A stretch of 56,863 nucleotides of DNA, taken from NCBI GenBank assembly GCA_964457135.1, contig CAYWED010000001.1, forward strand, positions 1 to 56,863, read 5' to 3'. Position numbers and translations under genes: made by a program. Numbering within the stretch: the first letter of the stretch is position 1; every line of letters begins with the position of its first letter. This stretch comes from an uncultured Muribaculaceae bacterium. Lineage in GTDB: Bacteria; Bacillota_I; Bacilli_A; RF39; UBA660. The notes under the pieces are model-generated. The model was not told the origin of the DNA. It did not search any database and saw only the letters and a program-made list of their open reading frames with translations. This document shows, one piece after another, positions 18,351 to 27,787 of this stretch.

Positions 18351-19118
18351 TTAATTTGTAAACTTTCTATTATAGATTTTTGCTGAAGATGGAAAGTCAT
18401 CTTTTAGAGCTAGTAGAGTACCATTTAGTTTTTGATTATATAATTCAGTTGCAAAAGCTGCTATAGCATTTACTATAATATCTGCGTCACTTCTTGTGAT
18501 GTTATATTTTTGACATTCTTCATCAGTAATTTTTACTTCTCTCATGTGAAATTCAAAAAATATGTCAGCAACATCTTTTCCTTCATTTATTCTTTCATTT
18601 ACAAATGGAAGGTATCTTAATTCGGGTATTATGTTTGGATTATTAACATCGATATTAGATTCACTTTGATATTTTATAAATGTAGTAGCACTATGGACTT
18701 TATCGATTATATGTACAATTTTAGCCTCTAAGTCGTTTCTATTTTCATAATTATTTAGGATACTTGAAAAATCTAAAACACTAGAAAATTTACTTACTAA
18801 ATACTCTATAGCAATACTCGTTACTCTTTGTTTTTCTTCATTAGATATACCCTCAAATTTTGTAATATCTCCAGTTATGGCTTCTGGTAAATCATGGCAT
18901 ATTATATAGTCAATAAGTTTGTCAAAATCAATATTTTTTGGAAAGTATTTTTTTAATATTCTTGCTATTAGTATTAAATCTAATATGTGGTCTTTAACAT
19001 CTTCCAATCTTTCTCTTTTAACATACCAAAGTTGTGGACCTGTTCTTATTATATCTCCTAAGATATCAAAAACCATAAATAGTTTAACTTTATTTTTTAA
19101 ATCAAAGTTTTCATTCAT
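18351..19118 (-). CDS. HD-domain phosphohydrolase (YfbR-type 5'-nucleotidase-like)
   Basis: 255 aa. It contains H..D..L.ARIL, then ICHDLPEAITGDI (the HD motif), then a downstream IIDKVHS. Confidence 0.7.
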   Translation of the reverse strand: MNENFDLKNKVKLFMVFDILGDIIRTGPQLWYVKRERLEDVKDHILDLILIARILKKYFPKNIDFDKLIDYIICHDLPEAITGDITKFEGISNEEKQRVTSIAIEYLVSKFSSVLDFSSILNNYENRNDLEAKIVHIIDKVHSATTFIKYQSESNIDVNNPNIIPELRYLPFVNERINEGKDVADIFFEFHMREVKITDEECQKYNITRSDADIIVNAIAAFATELYNQKLNGTLLALKDDFPSSAKIYNRKFTN

Positions 19119-19294
19119 ATATACCCTCCTATAATTTTTATAGTAGAATTTCTTTTTACGAGTAATATAATAACAAAAAATATGCTTTTAAGCAATGGTG
19201 TTATTATCTATATAGATATATGTATGTGTTGGTATTAATTATAGTACAGGATAAATTTTTTTGAGAAAAATAAGCAAAAATAAGCAAAAAAATG

Positions 19295-19323
19295 TTGACA
19301 AATTAACACTTTTAATTTAGTAT
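19295..19323 (+). promoter_or_regulatory. orphan consensus promoter
   Basis: TTGACA (19295-19300), 17 nt, TAGTAT (19318-19323). No ORF follows on this strand. Confidence 0.5.
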
Positions 19324-19329
19324 ATAGAC

Positions 19330-19427
19330 TTACCAATTCACTTTAGGCGAATTGGTGCTAGTATCACACTAGCCAACCCCTTTTTATTCTTTTTTCCGGA
19401 TAGCTCTCAGGGGGGCTATCCTTTTTT
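19330..19427 (+). ncRNA. candidate small RNA of about 100 nt, unknown family
   Basis: Downstream of the promoter are hairpin 1 (ACCAATTC, 9-nt loop, GAATTGGT; 19332-19356), hairpin 2 (GCTAGT-atcac-ACTAGC; 19357-19373), a C/U-rich linker, and a GC-rich terminator GGATAGC(TC)..(GG)GCTATCC plus T6 (19398-19427). There is no ATG and no RBS. Confidence 0.45.
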
Positions 19428-19476
19428 ATGTATTTTAAAACCTTGTAAATTTTTGTGTTTATAAGGTCTTTTTAAT

Positions 19477-22400
19477 TTATATATATTCTTTGTGATTAGT
19501 TGTCTCTTGAAAATCTTCTTTACTTAGTTTTTCATAATATTCATATCTTTCTTTTGCATTTTTCATGTTTTCGTTGTATAGTCTTTCGTATTCTAATTCA
19601 TTTATTAATTCTAGATTTTTATATCTCATTTCTTTTGCAAATACTGTTTCATATAAGCCAAAGTTAGGAACATTAGAGTCGATGTCTAGTTTTTTTGTTT
19701 CAGGATTATATCTCATTAAAATATTGTAGCCACTTTCTACTAATAGTTTTTGTTCTTCTATGCTACTTGATAATCCTCCTTTTATTCCATGTGCAATACA
19801 AGGGCTATATGCAATTATTACACTAGGTCCAATGTGTTCTTCTGCTTCTTTGAATGCTTTTATAGTTTGCATTTGGTTAGCACCCGCACTAATGCTAGCA
19901 ACATATACATTTGGTATATTCATTGCTATTTGGAATAAATCCTTTTTAGGTTTTAGTTTTCCTTTGCTAGAAAATTCAGCAACTGCTCCTGTGCGAGTTG
20001 ACTTTGATGTTTGTCCACCAGTATTAGAATATACTTCAGTATCTAATACTAATACTTTTACGTTTTCATTAGTTCTAAGTACGTGGTCTAGTCCACCAAA
20101 TCCAATATCGTAAGCCCAGCCATCTCCACCTACAATCCAAACAGTTCTTGCTGGAATATAATCTAATAATTCTTTTAAATCTTCTCTTATATTTTTCTTT
20201 TTAAGTTGTTCTTTAATTTCTAGTGTAATTTTAGAGTCTTCCATGTTATCTAGCCATGTTTTGAAAATCGCTTTTGTATCTTTGTCTACTTCGTTTTTTG
20301 TTTCGAACATTATTTCTTTTATTCTGTTTCTTGCTGTTTTATAAGATGTGTGAATTCCTAAACCGAATTCTGCATTATCTTCAAATAGTGAACTAATCCA
20401 TGGAATTTTATATGGTGTACAAGGTAGGCTTGCTCCATATATTGATGAACAACCTGTCGCATTGGCTATTACTATTTCACTACCATATAGTTCGGTAAGC
20501 GTTCTTAAGTATATTGTTTCTCCACATCCTGCGCATGCACCTGGAAACTCAAATACTGGATGTTCAAAACCTAAGCCTTTTACTGTAAATTTAGGAAAAG
20601 GTGTATTATTACTAAAATGTTCAGTTAAATAGTCACATATTTTGTCTTGTTCTTCGTCAGGTTTGTCCATTACAAGAGCTTTTTCTCCGTTTTTGCCAGG
20701 ACATACTTTAGTGCATAGTCCACAACCTGTACAATTATCAGTATTTATTCCTAAGAAGAAGCTTTTATTTTCTTCTCCTATAGAGACAATAGTGTCTTCT
20801 TTTTCAATGACGGAATGTTCGATTTCATTTTCAGTTAGAGAGAAAGGTTTTATTACTGCATGAGGACAAATAAATGCACACTGGTTACATTCGATACAGT
20901 TTTCTTTGCACCATTTTGGGACATTACCCGAAACTTTTCTTTTGTCACTAGCACTAGAGCCACCTTCATATGTTCCATCAGCATGGTCTAAAAAGTCAGA
21001 TACTTTAAGCATATTTCCTCTTCTTGTTAGCATTTGATTAAGTATAGTATCATCTTCTTTTTTGATTTCTTTTGATGGAGTAAGAGTACTTGTGTCTATT
21101 TCTCTTAAGTAGTCTATACTTTCATCTAAAGCATTAAGGTTAGCATTAACTACTGCTTCTCCTTTACCTCTATATAATGACTTGATATTTTCTTTAAAGG
21201 CAACTAAATCACTTTCACTTGCACCTAGCATTTTTAATACATAAATTGCAATTATGTTATTTATTTTTCCTCTTAGATTGTATTTATTTGCTAAGTCTTC
21301 AGCATTTGTTACATAGAATTTTATGTTTTTTTCTTTTATAATTTCTTTTACACTGTTTGATATAAATTTGTTTAACTCTTCATCTGTTTTGTTTGTGTTA
21401 AGTAAGAATATTCCTTTGTTTTTAATATTTTCTAGTACATCATATTTTTGTAGGTAGGAGTCTTTTGATACAACTATTAAGTTAGGTTCTGTTAGGTAGT
21501 ATGGTGCATTTATAGGTGTGTCACTAATTCTTAGATGGCTTATTGTTACTCCCCCGCTTTTTTTAGAGTCATATTCAAAGTAACCTTGTACGTGGTTTCC
21601 ATCTTTAGTGCCTATTACTTTTAAGATGTTTTTGCTTGCACTTACCATTCCATCACTACCAAAACCGAATATTTTGATTTCTTTCCATTTTTTGTCTAGT
21701 TTATAGTCTTTTATTTCTAAGTTTGTGTTAGTTACATCATCTATTATTCCTAATGTGAAGTGGTCTTTCATTTTGTGCTTATTCATATTGTCAAAAACGC
21801 TTTTTATTTCTTTTGGACTTGTGTCTTTGCTAGATAATCCGTAACGACCTCCTACTATTTCTATGTCTTCGCCTTTTAGAGTTGCACATACATCTAGGTA
21901 AAGTGGTTCAGCAAATGAACCGGCTTCTTTTGTTCTATCTAATACTGTTATTTTTTCTGTCGTTTTAGGTAGTACGTTTAGAAAGTATTTTTCACTAAAT
22001 GGTCTATAAAGGTGACCTTCTATTACACCAACTTCTTCGTCGTTTTTATTAAGATCATCCACTACTAACTTTATAGTGTCTATTACTGACCCCATTGCAA
22101 CTATTATATTTTTGGCACGAGGGTTACCGTAGTATGTGAATGGCTTGTATTCAGTGCCTGCTAACTCATTTATTTTTTCCATATATTCGTTTACTATGTC
22201 AGGTAAATTGTTATAGTAAGTGTTTCTTACCTCAGTGTTTTGAAAATATACGTCTTCTGTTTCACTTGTTCCTCTTGTTATGCTTTTTCCTATGTTTATT
22301 GAACGACTTTTAAATTCTTTTAATTTATCTTTGTCGATTAAAGATTTTATGTCTTCTTCACTCAAAATGTTAATTTTGTTTAATTCGTGACTTGTTCTAA

Positions 22401-22917
22401 ATCCATCAAAGAAATGAAGAAATGGGATACTTCCTTTTATTGCTGATAAATGGCTTACTAAGGCTAAGTAGTAGGCATCTTGTACGTTTGTGCTTGCAAG
22501 CAGTGCGAATCCTGTCATTCTTGTGGCATAGATGTCTTGATGGTCTCCAAATATTGAAAGAGCGTGTGTAGATAAACTCCTTGCTGCTACGTGGATAACT
22601 CCAGGGAGTAATTCTCCTGCTATTTTATACATTGATGGAATCATTAATAGAAGCCCTTGAGATGCAGTAAATGTCGTTGTTAAACTTCCACCTTGAAGAG
22701 ATCCGTGAACAAATCCTGCAGCACCTGCTTCACTTTGCATTTCTACTACTTTTACTCTCTCACCAAAGATGTTCTTTTTATTAGAACTTGACCACTTATC
22801 CGTAAGTGTTGCCATTGGACTTGATGGTGTTATTGGATATATTCCACAAACTTCAGTAAAATTATAAGCAGCAGTCGCACAAGCTTCATTTCCATCCATT
22901 ACTTTCATATTTTTCAT
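19477..22917 (-). CDS. nifJ: pyruvate:ferredoxin (flavodoxin) oxidoreductase
   Basis: 1146 aa single-chain PFOR. It has two 4Fe-4S ferredoxin motifs (CIECNQCAFICP and CTGCGLCTKVCP) and a TPP-binding region GGDGWAYDIGFGGLDH. Confidence 0.95.
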   Translation of the reverse strand: MKNMKVMDGNEACATAAYNFTEVCGIYPITPSSPMATLTDKWSSSNKKNIFGERVKVVEMQSEAGAAGFVHGSLQGGSLTTTFTASQGLLLMIPSMYKIAGELLPGVIHVAARSLSTHALSIFGDHQDIYATRMTGFALLASTNVQDAYYLALVSHLSAIKGSIPFLHFFDGFRTSHELNKINILSEEDIKSLIDKDKLKEFKSRSINIGKSITRGTSETEDVYFQNTEVRNTYYNNLPDIVNEYMEKINELAGTEYKPFTYYGNPRAKNIIVAMGSVIDTIKLVVDDLNKNDEEVGVIEGHLYRPFSEKYFLNVLPKTTEKITVLDRTKEAGSFAEPLYLDVCATLKGEDIEIVGGRYGLSSKDTSPKEIKSVFDNMNKHKMKDHFTLGIIDDVTNTNLEIKDYKLDKKWKEIKIFGFGSDGMVSASKNILKVIGTKDGNHVQGYFEYDSKKSGGVTISHLRISDTPINAPYYLTEPNLIVVSKDSYLQKYDVLENIKNKGIFLLNTNKTDEELNKFISNSVKEIIKEKNIKFYVTNAEDLANKYNLRGKINNIIAIYVLKMLGASESDLVAFKENIKSLYRGKGEAVVNANLNALDESIDYLREIDTSTLTPSKEIKKEDDTILNQMLTRRGNMLKVSDFLDHADGTYEGGSSASDKRKVSGNVPKWCKENCIECNQCAFICPHAVIKPFSLTENEIEHSVIEKEDTIVSIGEENKSFFLGINTDNCTGCGLCTKVCPGKNGEKALVMDKPDEEQDKICDYLTEHFSNNTPFPKFTVKGLGFEHPVFEFPGACAGCGETIYLRTLTELYGSEIVIANATGCSSIYGASLPCTPYKIPWISSLFEDNAEFGLGIHTSYKTARNRIKEIMFETKNEVDKDTKAIFKTWLDNMEDSKITLEIKEQLKKKNIREDLKELLDYIPARTVWIVGGDGWAYDIGFGGLDHVLRTNENVKVLVLDTEVYSNTGGQTSKSTRTGAVAEFSSKGKLKPKKDLFQIAMNIPNVYVASISAGANQMQTIKAFKEAEEHIGPSVIIAYSPCIAHGIKGGLSSSIEEQKLLVESGYNILMRYNPETKKLDIDSNVPNFGLYETVFAKEMRYKNLELINELEYERLYNENMKNAKERYEYYEKLSKEDFQETTNHKEYI

Positions 22918-22954
22918 ATCATCACCTATTATAATTATACAATTTTTTATTGAT

Positions 22955-22985
22955 TTTAAAAAGACTATTTGAAGTTAAATAGTCT
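22955..22985 (-). terminator. terminator after the Alg13-like gene, upstream of the nifJ promoter
   Basis: On the minus strand: AGACTATTT-aacttc-AAATAGTCT (9-bp stem) then TTTTAAAA. An extended -10 (TGTATAAT) follows for nifJ. Confidence 0.55.
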
Positions 22986-22989
22986 AACC

Positions 22990-23478
22990 TTAATTATTAT
23001 CAATGAAATTTTCTATTAGATTAATCATATTTTGTGTATTGCTTACATATTTTTTAGGTCTAAAGATTTTTGCCTCTTCTAGTGAAACATCTAGTTTATT
23101 TGGGTCTTTACATGGAATGATGTAGCCCATACTACTAAATTTATTTATTATTTGTAGTTGATGGTCGTTTGTGTGTTCTTTGTATTTTGCAAGTCTTGGG
23201 CACGCGATTACAATTTTATTTTTGTTTATAGAATCTATTATAGTTCCTACTCCTCCATGTGTGATTATAATTCTTGCTTTTTTTATTGTTGATTCAAATT
23301 CATCAGGACTCATATAGTTTACTATTTTCATTTTATCACTAGTGTATTTTGAACATCCACTTTGTACTATAACCTCTTCGTTAATTGTGCCTTTTTTTAT
23401 TTGTTTTTCAACTGCTTTAATTAGTCGATCGAATGATACATCTTGAGTTCCTACTGTTACAAATATCAATATATCCAC
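22990..23478 (-). CDS. Alg13-like / Cps14G-type glycosyltransferase catalytic subunit (GT28 C-terminal domain)
   Basis: 162 aa. It begins ILIFVTVGTQDVSFDRLI and contains ITHGGVGTI, as in PssE/Cps14G/Alg13-type proteins. It overlaps the upstream gene by 13 nt. Confidence 0.75.
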   Translation of the reverse strand: MDILIFVTVGTQDVSFDRLIKAVEKQIKKGTINEEVIVQSGCSKYTSDKMKIVNYMSPDEFESTIKKARIIITHGGVGTIIDSINKNKIVIACPRLAKYKEHTNDHQLQIINKFSSMGYIIPCKDPNKLDVSLEEAKIFRPKKYVSNTQNMINLIENFIDNN

Positions 23479-25067
23479 CCCCCAAATGTAGCTTTGTCAT
23501 AAACACTCAACATACTCTCCCATTGCACTATGAAAAGGTCGGCGAATTTATAGACTGCTTTTCCTGTTACTGTTGGTGTTTCACTGTTTGCAAATGTTTC
23601 TATGTATATTACTTTCTTCTTAAATAGGTGTGCTATACAACACATTGGTCCTGCTGTATGTGCTCCTGTAGTTAGGACAAAGTCTGGTCTAAATTTTAAG
23701 AACAAATATAGGCTTTTAAAACAATTTATTAGTAGTTTAAATGGGTAAGTAATAAAATGTTTTCTAGTTCCATAAACTAAATATTTAACGTTTCTTCTAC
23801 CATATTTTTTCTTTAAATCTTTTGTTGTTGGAGTTTTTTCAGTAATAAGGGAGTATCTATATTTTTTAAACATACTTTTTAGCATCAACATTTCATTTAG
23901 GTGTCCTCCAGTGGATGAGATGAACATTACTTTTTTATTAGACTTTTTGCCAACTTCCTCTAGCATGGAATCCCATTCTTTTTTTATTTCTTTAGAGTCG
24001 AAACTCTTTACTTTTTGTTTTGATTTTTCACTATATTCTTTTAGGTCTTTTTTTGAAGATAGTAAATTTAGAATAGCATTTGCAAATTCAGCTTTATCTC
24101 TATTTTCTATTAGAATTCCAGTTCCATCACCAAGTAATTCTCTTGCACCTGAAGCAGAGTCAAATGCAATTATTGGGAGTGATGAGTTCATTGCTTCTAT
24201 TAGGACAAGTGGTAATGCTTCAGTAAAACTAGTCATTACATATATACTACTGTCTAGCATACATGCTTCAACTTCTTTGGCATTTAGAAAACCTGTTAGA
24301 TTAACATTGCTTTCAAGGTGTAATTCTTTAATTTTCGCTATGATACTTTCTTTTTCAGGTCCATCTCCTACAAGTGTAAGTTTAACATCTTTATCTTTTT
24401 TTACAACTTCACTCATTATATCAAATAAGTCAAGAAATCCTTTTTCTTGTGATAATCTTCCAACCGCAATTATGTTTTTAGTGTTTAGGTTATTTTTTTC
24501 TTTACTTAATTCATCTATGAAATTATAAATACACTCTGCTTTGTCTCCTATTTCATTCTTATAAATTGATTCTATTTCTTTACTTACTGTTATAATTTTA
24601 TCGTAATTTTTTGTTATTTTTAAAAGTTCTTTTTTAAATTTTTTTGTTGGATAACTGTGTGTTGTTGCAATTTTTTTTATGTCACTGCTTTTTAATAATT
24701 TGTTTACAAGTTTTGTTTCATAATTTCTAGTAGTGATTAAATAGTCAGTTTGCATATTTTTAATTGCTTTTTTTGTTTTTGTCTTTTTTAGATATAAAAT
24801 CTTTGCAGCATTAAAGAGTTCTCGGGCTAGTTTAAATATTTTATGTCTTTTTAATGCACGGTGTATTTCTTCTTTGTTTGGTCCTCCGTCTATTAGATAA
24901 GTAATATTCACTTTGTTACTAAAAGAAAAAGATGGAGAGTTATTTAATTTATAGGTTATTACTAATTCTATTTCATAGTCATTTTCAAGTATTTTTGATA
25001 AACTAGAGATGTATTTTTCTATTCCACCTACTCCTAGGTGAAGAGAAAGTATTGTTATTTTTTTCAT
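23466..25067 (-). CDS. fusion protein: GT4 glycosyltransferase (N-terminal) plus Alg14-like / Cps14F-type domain (C-terminal)
   Basis: 533 aa. Residues 1 to about 370 have GT4 features (LGVGGIEKY.., ..SFTEALPLVLIEAM..). Residues about 375-533 begin KKVMFISSTGGHLNEM, characteristic of the PssD/Cps14F/Alg14 membrane-anchor subunit. Confidence 0.75.
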   Translation of the reverse strand: MKKITILSLHLGVGGIEKYISSLSKILENDYEIELVITYKLNNSPSFSFSNKVNITYLIDGGPNKEEIHRALKRHKIFKLARELFNAAKILYLKKTKTKKAIKNMQTDYLITTRNYETKLVNKLLKSSDIKKIATTHSYPTKKFKKELLKITKNYDKIITVSKEIESIYKNEIGDKAECIYNFIDELSKEKNNLNTKNIIAVGRLSQEKGFLDLFDIMSEVVKKDKDVKLTLVGDGPEKESIIAKIKELHLESNVNLTGFLNAKEVEACMLDSSIYVMTSFTEALPLVLIEAMNSSLPIIAFDSASGARELLGDGTGILIENRDKAEFANAILNLLSSKKDLKEYSEKSKQKVKSFDSKEIKKEWDSMLEEVGKKSNKKVMFISSTGGHLNEMLMLKSMFKKYRYSLITEKTPTTKDLKKKYGRRNVKYLVYGTRKHFITYPFKLLINCFKSLYLFLKFRPDFVLTTGAHTAGPMCCIAHLFKKKVIYIETFANSETPTVTGKAVYKFADLFIVQWESMLSVYDKATFGGWIY

Positions 25068-25090
25068 AAAACCTCCATTAAGTTAGTTAT

Positions 25091-25120
25091 ATTATACCAC
25101 AGTGTTAGGTTTAGTTGTAA
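25091..25120 (-). promoter_or_regulatory. candidate promoter of the GT4-Alg14/Alg13 operon
   Basis: On the minus strand: TTACAA, 18 nt, TATAAT, with an extended TG (TGgTATAAT). It lies about 20 nt upstream of the RBS GGAGG. Confidence 0.45.
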
Positions 25121-25210
25121 ATTTTGTTAAAAATTGTAATCATCTTAATTAACATTATTATAAAGATTTATGGATAAAGTTTTTTTATCTTTATGAGATG
25201 TTAAGTTGAT

Positions 25211-25270
25211 TTTTCGTGCATTTTGCACGTTTTTTCTTATTATTTTCGTGCATTTTGCACGTTTTTCTTA
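25211..25270. repeat. two tandem copies (32-bp period) of TTTTCGTGCATTTTGCACGTTTTT(T)CTTA
   Basis: Copies are at 25211-25239 and 25243-25270. Each has the palindromic core CGTGCA-ttt-TGCACG. The stop codon of the P-type ATPase (25240-25242) lies between the copies. Confidence 0.8.
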
Positions 25271-27639
25271 GTTTTCTCGTTATTTTGATGTTTTTTATAG
25301 ATAAGTTTAGTTATATAAAAGTCTAATAATTTATATATGAATACTGATAAAATTGATAAGATTACGAAGATAATTACGGAGGTAATAGAGGTATCTGATA
25401 TATTAAAGAAATCATGGCCAAAGAGAGCACATATTGAGTATCCAATTATTAAAAATGCATATAAGGCTTTTCTATAACCGTTAAATGGTTCACATATTTT
25501 AAATAAGTATATAAACCCAATCATACAAGTTAAGTAAACTGATAATGTGCTTGTTAGTTCATGAGATAAATCTAGTATTGGTTGTAATATTGTGACCAAT
25601 AAAATGTTTATAAATACAGTTAGGGCTACTGGGAGACTTCTACTTAAAATCTTTTTTAGAAAGTTCCCTGTAATACGCTCGCTGTTTGGTTCTAGGGCTA
25701 ATATAAATGATGGAACTCCTATTGTGAAATTTGTTATTAGTGTTAATTGTATTGGTACAAAGAAATATTTACGAGAAAAGATTATACTTAAAATTATAAG
25801 TAGTAATGTATAAATAGTTTTTACAAGTAATAATGAGGCTGAACGTTCAATGTTGTTTACTGTTCTTCTTCCTTCTCTTACAACTTGAGGAAGAGAATCA
25901 AAGTTAGAATCAAGTAAGACTAGTTCACTTACATTTCTTGCTGAGTCAGTTCCATTTCTTAAAGATATGCCACAGTCACTTGCTTTTAAGGCTAAAACGT
26001 CATTAACTCCATCTCCAGTCATTGCTACTGTGTGTCCATTTGCTTGTAAGTATTTTATTATTAATTCTTTTTCTAATGGATTAACTCTTGCAAATATGTC
26101 AGTGTCTTCTACTAGTTCTTTTAGTGAGTTTCCGTTTACTGTACTTACATCAATGCCTTTTAAATTTGTTAGTCCACATTTATTTGATATGGACATTACT
26201 GTTTCTAATGAGTCTCCACTTATTATTTTTACAATTACACCCTCTTTTTGAAAATATTTTATTGTGGAAGAGGCGTTTTTTCTTATTATGTCTTCTATTA
26301 ATATGAAAGCAAGTAATTTTAATCCTTTTGGATTTTTGCTTAGAGTTTTACCTTCGGCTAAGACTAGAACTCTACTTTCACTTTGATATTCTTTAGAAGA
26401 TTCTAAAATTTTTTTATTTTTTGAAAATAGTATTTCTGGTGCTCCTAGGTAATAAACTCCTTTATTTTCAAATTTAATTCCTGAAAATTTTCTTCCACTT
26501 GAAAATGGTATAAATTCGGTTACTTTCCAGTTAGAAGTGCTGGTGTACTCTTCTTTTATTGCATCTATAGTAGCATTAGAGTCTTTTGAATTTGTAGAGA
26601 TTTCTATTAGTATTTTGTTTATTTTTCTTGTATTTGTTTTGTCGTAAGGAATGACTTTAGTAAGTTTCATTTTTCCTTCAGTTAGTGTTCCTGTTTTGTC
26701 TAAACATATTATGTCTACTCTTGCAAGGGATTCTACTCCTTCTAGTTTTTGTACAAGTACTTTGTATTTACTAAGTCTTATTACACTTACTGCCATTACC
26801 GATGTTGTTAGTAATATTAATCCTTCTGGTATCATTCCAATTATGGCTGCAGTTGTTCCAAAGACTGAACTTGTAACATCAAAATTTGAGACATTTAGTT
26901 CTTTTGCAAACATTACAATACCGATTGGGACTATAAATAGAGAGATTATTTTTAAAAGTTTAGTGAATGAACCCATTACTACTGAGTTTGATTTTTTTAC
27001 ATATTTTGCTCCAGTAGAAATTTTAGAGATGTAATTGTCACTTCCTATGTGTTCTACTTTAGCATAACCTGTTCCACTTACTATAAATGAACCACTTAAT
27101 AACATTTCTCCTTTTGTTTTTGTTACAGGAATAGATTCTCCTGTTATGAATGACTCATTTACTTCAATTTCTTCACCTAAGAAAATGCTATCACAAACCA
27201 CTTGTTTTCCTGGGCTTAATATTGTTATGTCATCTAGGACTAATTCATTTATTTCTTTTTCTTCTATTTTTCCATTTCTTACAACGCTTACTTTAGAGGC
27301 TGAGAGAATTGATAATCTATCTATTATTTTTTTTGATATTATTTCTTCTATGATACTAACCATTGTGTTTACAAATATTATTCCCATAAAAAGACAGTTT
27401 TTTATTCCTTCTTTTGGGACATCAAAAAGAAAACCAGCAAGTAATACTGAGATGCCCAGTGTTATATTTAAAAAATTAAAGAATGTAAAAATATTTGAAG
27501 CTAGTATTTCTTTTATAGATTTTGTTTTAGGGCTATTATCACAATTTACTAAACCTGATTTTTTTCTTTCATTGATTTCTACTGTCGTAAGTCCTGTTTC
27601 GGTGTTTGGGTTATATCTTTTTATTTTCATAATTACCAC
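25240..27639 (-). CDS. cation-transporting P-type ATPase (P2-like, HAD-IC)
   Basis: 799 aa. Motifs are TGES (actuator), CLDKTGTLT (phosphorylation site), MTGDGVNDVLALK (hinge) and about 10 TM helices. The start is either GTG at 27639 or ATG at 27630. Confidence 0.9.
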   Translation of the reverse strand: MVIMKIKRYNPNTETGLTTVEINERKKSGLVNCDNSPKTKSIKEILASNIFTFFNFLNITLGISVLLAGFLFDVPKEGIKNCLFMGIIFVNTMVSIIEEIISKKIIDRLSILSASKVSVVRNGKIEEKEINELVLDDITILSPGKQVVCDSIFLGEEIEVNESFITGESIPVTKTKGEMLLSGSFIVSGTGYAKVEHIGSDNYISKISTGAKYVKKSNSVVMGSFTKLLKIISLFIVPIGIVMFAKELNVSNFDVTSSVFGTTAAIIGMIPEGLILLTTSVMAVSVIRLSKYKVLVQKLEGVESLARVDIICLDKTGTLTEGKMKLTKVIPYDKTNTRKINKILIEISTNSKDSNATIDAIKEEYTSTSNWKVTEFIPFSSGRKFSGIKFENKGVYYLGAPEILFSKNKKILESSKEYQSESRVLVLAEGKTLSKNPKGLKLLAFILIEDIIRKNASSTIKYFQKEGVIVKIISGDSLETVMSISNKCGLTNLKGIDVSTVNGNSLKELVEDTDIFARVNPLEKELIIKYLQANGHTVAMTGDGVNDVLALKASDCGISLRNGTDSARNVSELVLLDSNFDSLPQVVREGRRTVNNIERSASLLLVKTIYTLLLIILSIIFSRKYFFVPIQLTLITNFTIGVPSFILALEPNSERITGNFLKKILSRSLPVALTVFINILLVTILQPILDLSHELTSTLSVYLTCMIGFIYLFKICEPFNGYRKALYAFLIIGYSICALFGHDFFNISDTSITSVIIFVILSILSVFIYKLLDFYITKLIYKKHQNNEKTKKNVQNARK

Positions 27640-27735
27640 TTAAATATAATTATACCACTAGAAATATGACTTCTAAATGACAATTTTGTAATATTAAGTT
27701 CTATTTGTCGCTTATTGTACTAATTTCGTCAAAGT

Positions 27736-27772
27736 AAAAGAGAATATGTTTATTTTAATTATATTCCCTTTT
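27736..27772. repeat. hairpin element, copy 1; also the likely terminator of the Rpn gene
   Basis: AAAAGAGAATAT, 13 nt, ATATTCCCTTTT. The left arm is identical to the one at 29058. Confidence 0.55.
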
Positions 27773-27787
27773 AACCTGATTTTATTT

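Noticed and set aside
19268-19290. The short direct repeat AAATAAGCAA AAATAAGCAA just upstream of the orphan promoter.
   Set aside because: There are only two 10-bp copies in A-rich DNA. This may be an UP-element-like A-tract or simple slippage, and there is too little information to call a feature.
23911-24528. Long antisense ORFs inside large genes: 23911-24528, 27146-27643, 26651-27034, 17192-17656, 19760-20113, 12637-12927 and others in the track.
   Set aside because: They lie entirely within well-supported genes on the opposite strand, have low-complexity Ser/Phe/Leu/Ile-rich products and lack an RBS. These are typical shadow ORFs.
25211-25270. The CGTGCA/TGCACG hairpins could be the transcription terminator of the P-type ATPase.
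   Set aside because: On the ATPase (minus) strand the hairpins are followed by A-runs, not U-runs. One copy also lies inside the coding sequence. The orientation is wrong for an intrinsic terminator of that gene.
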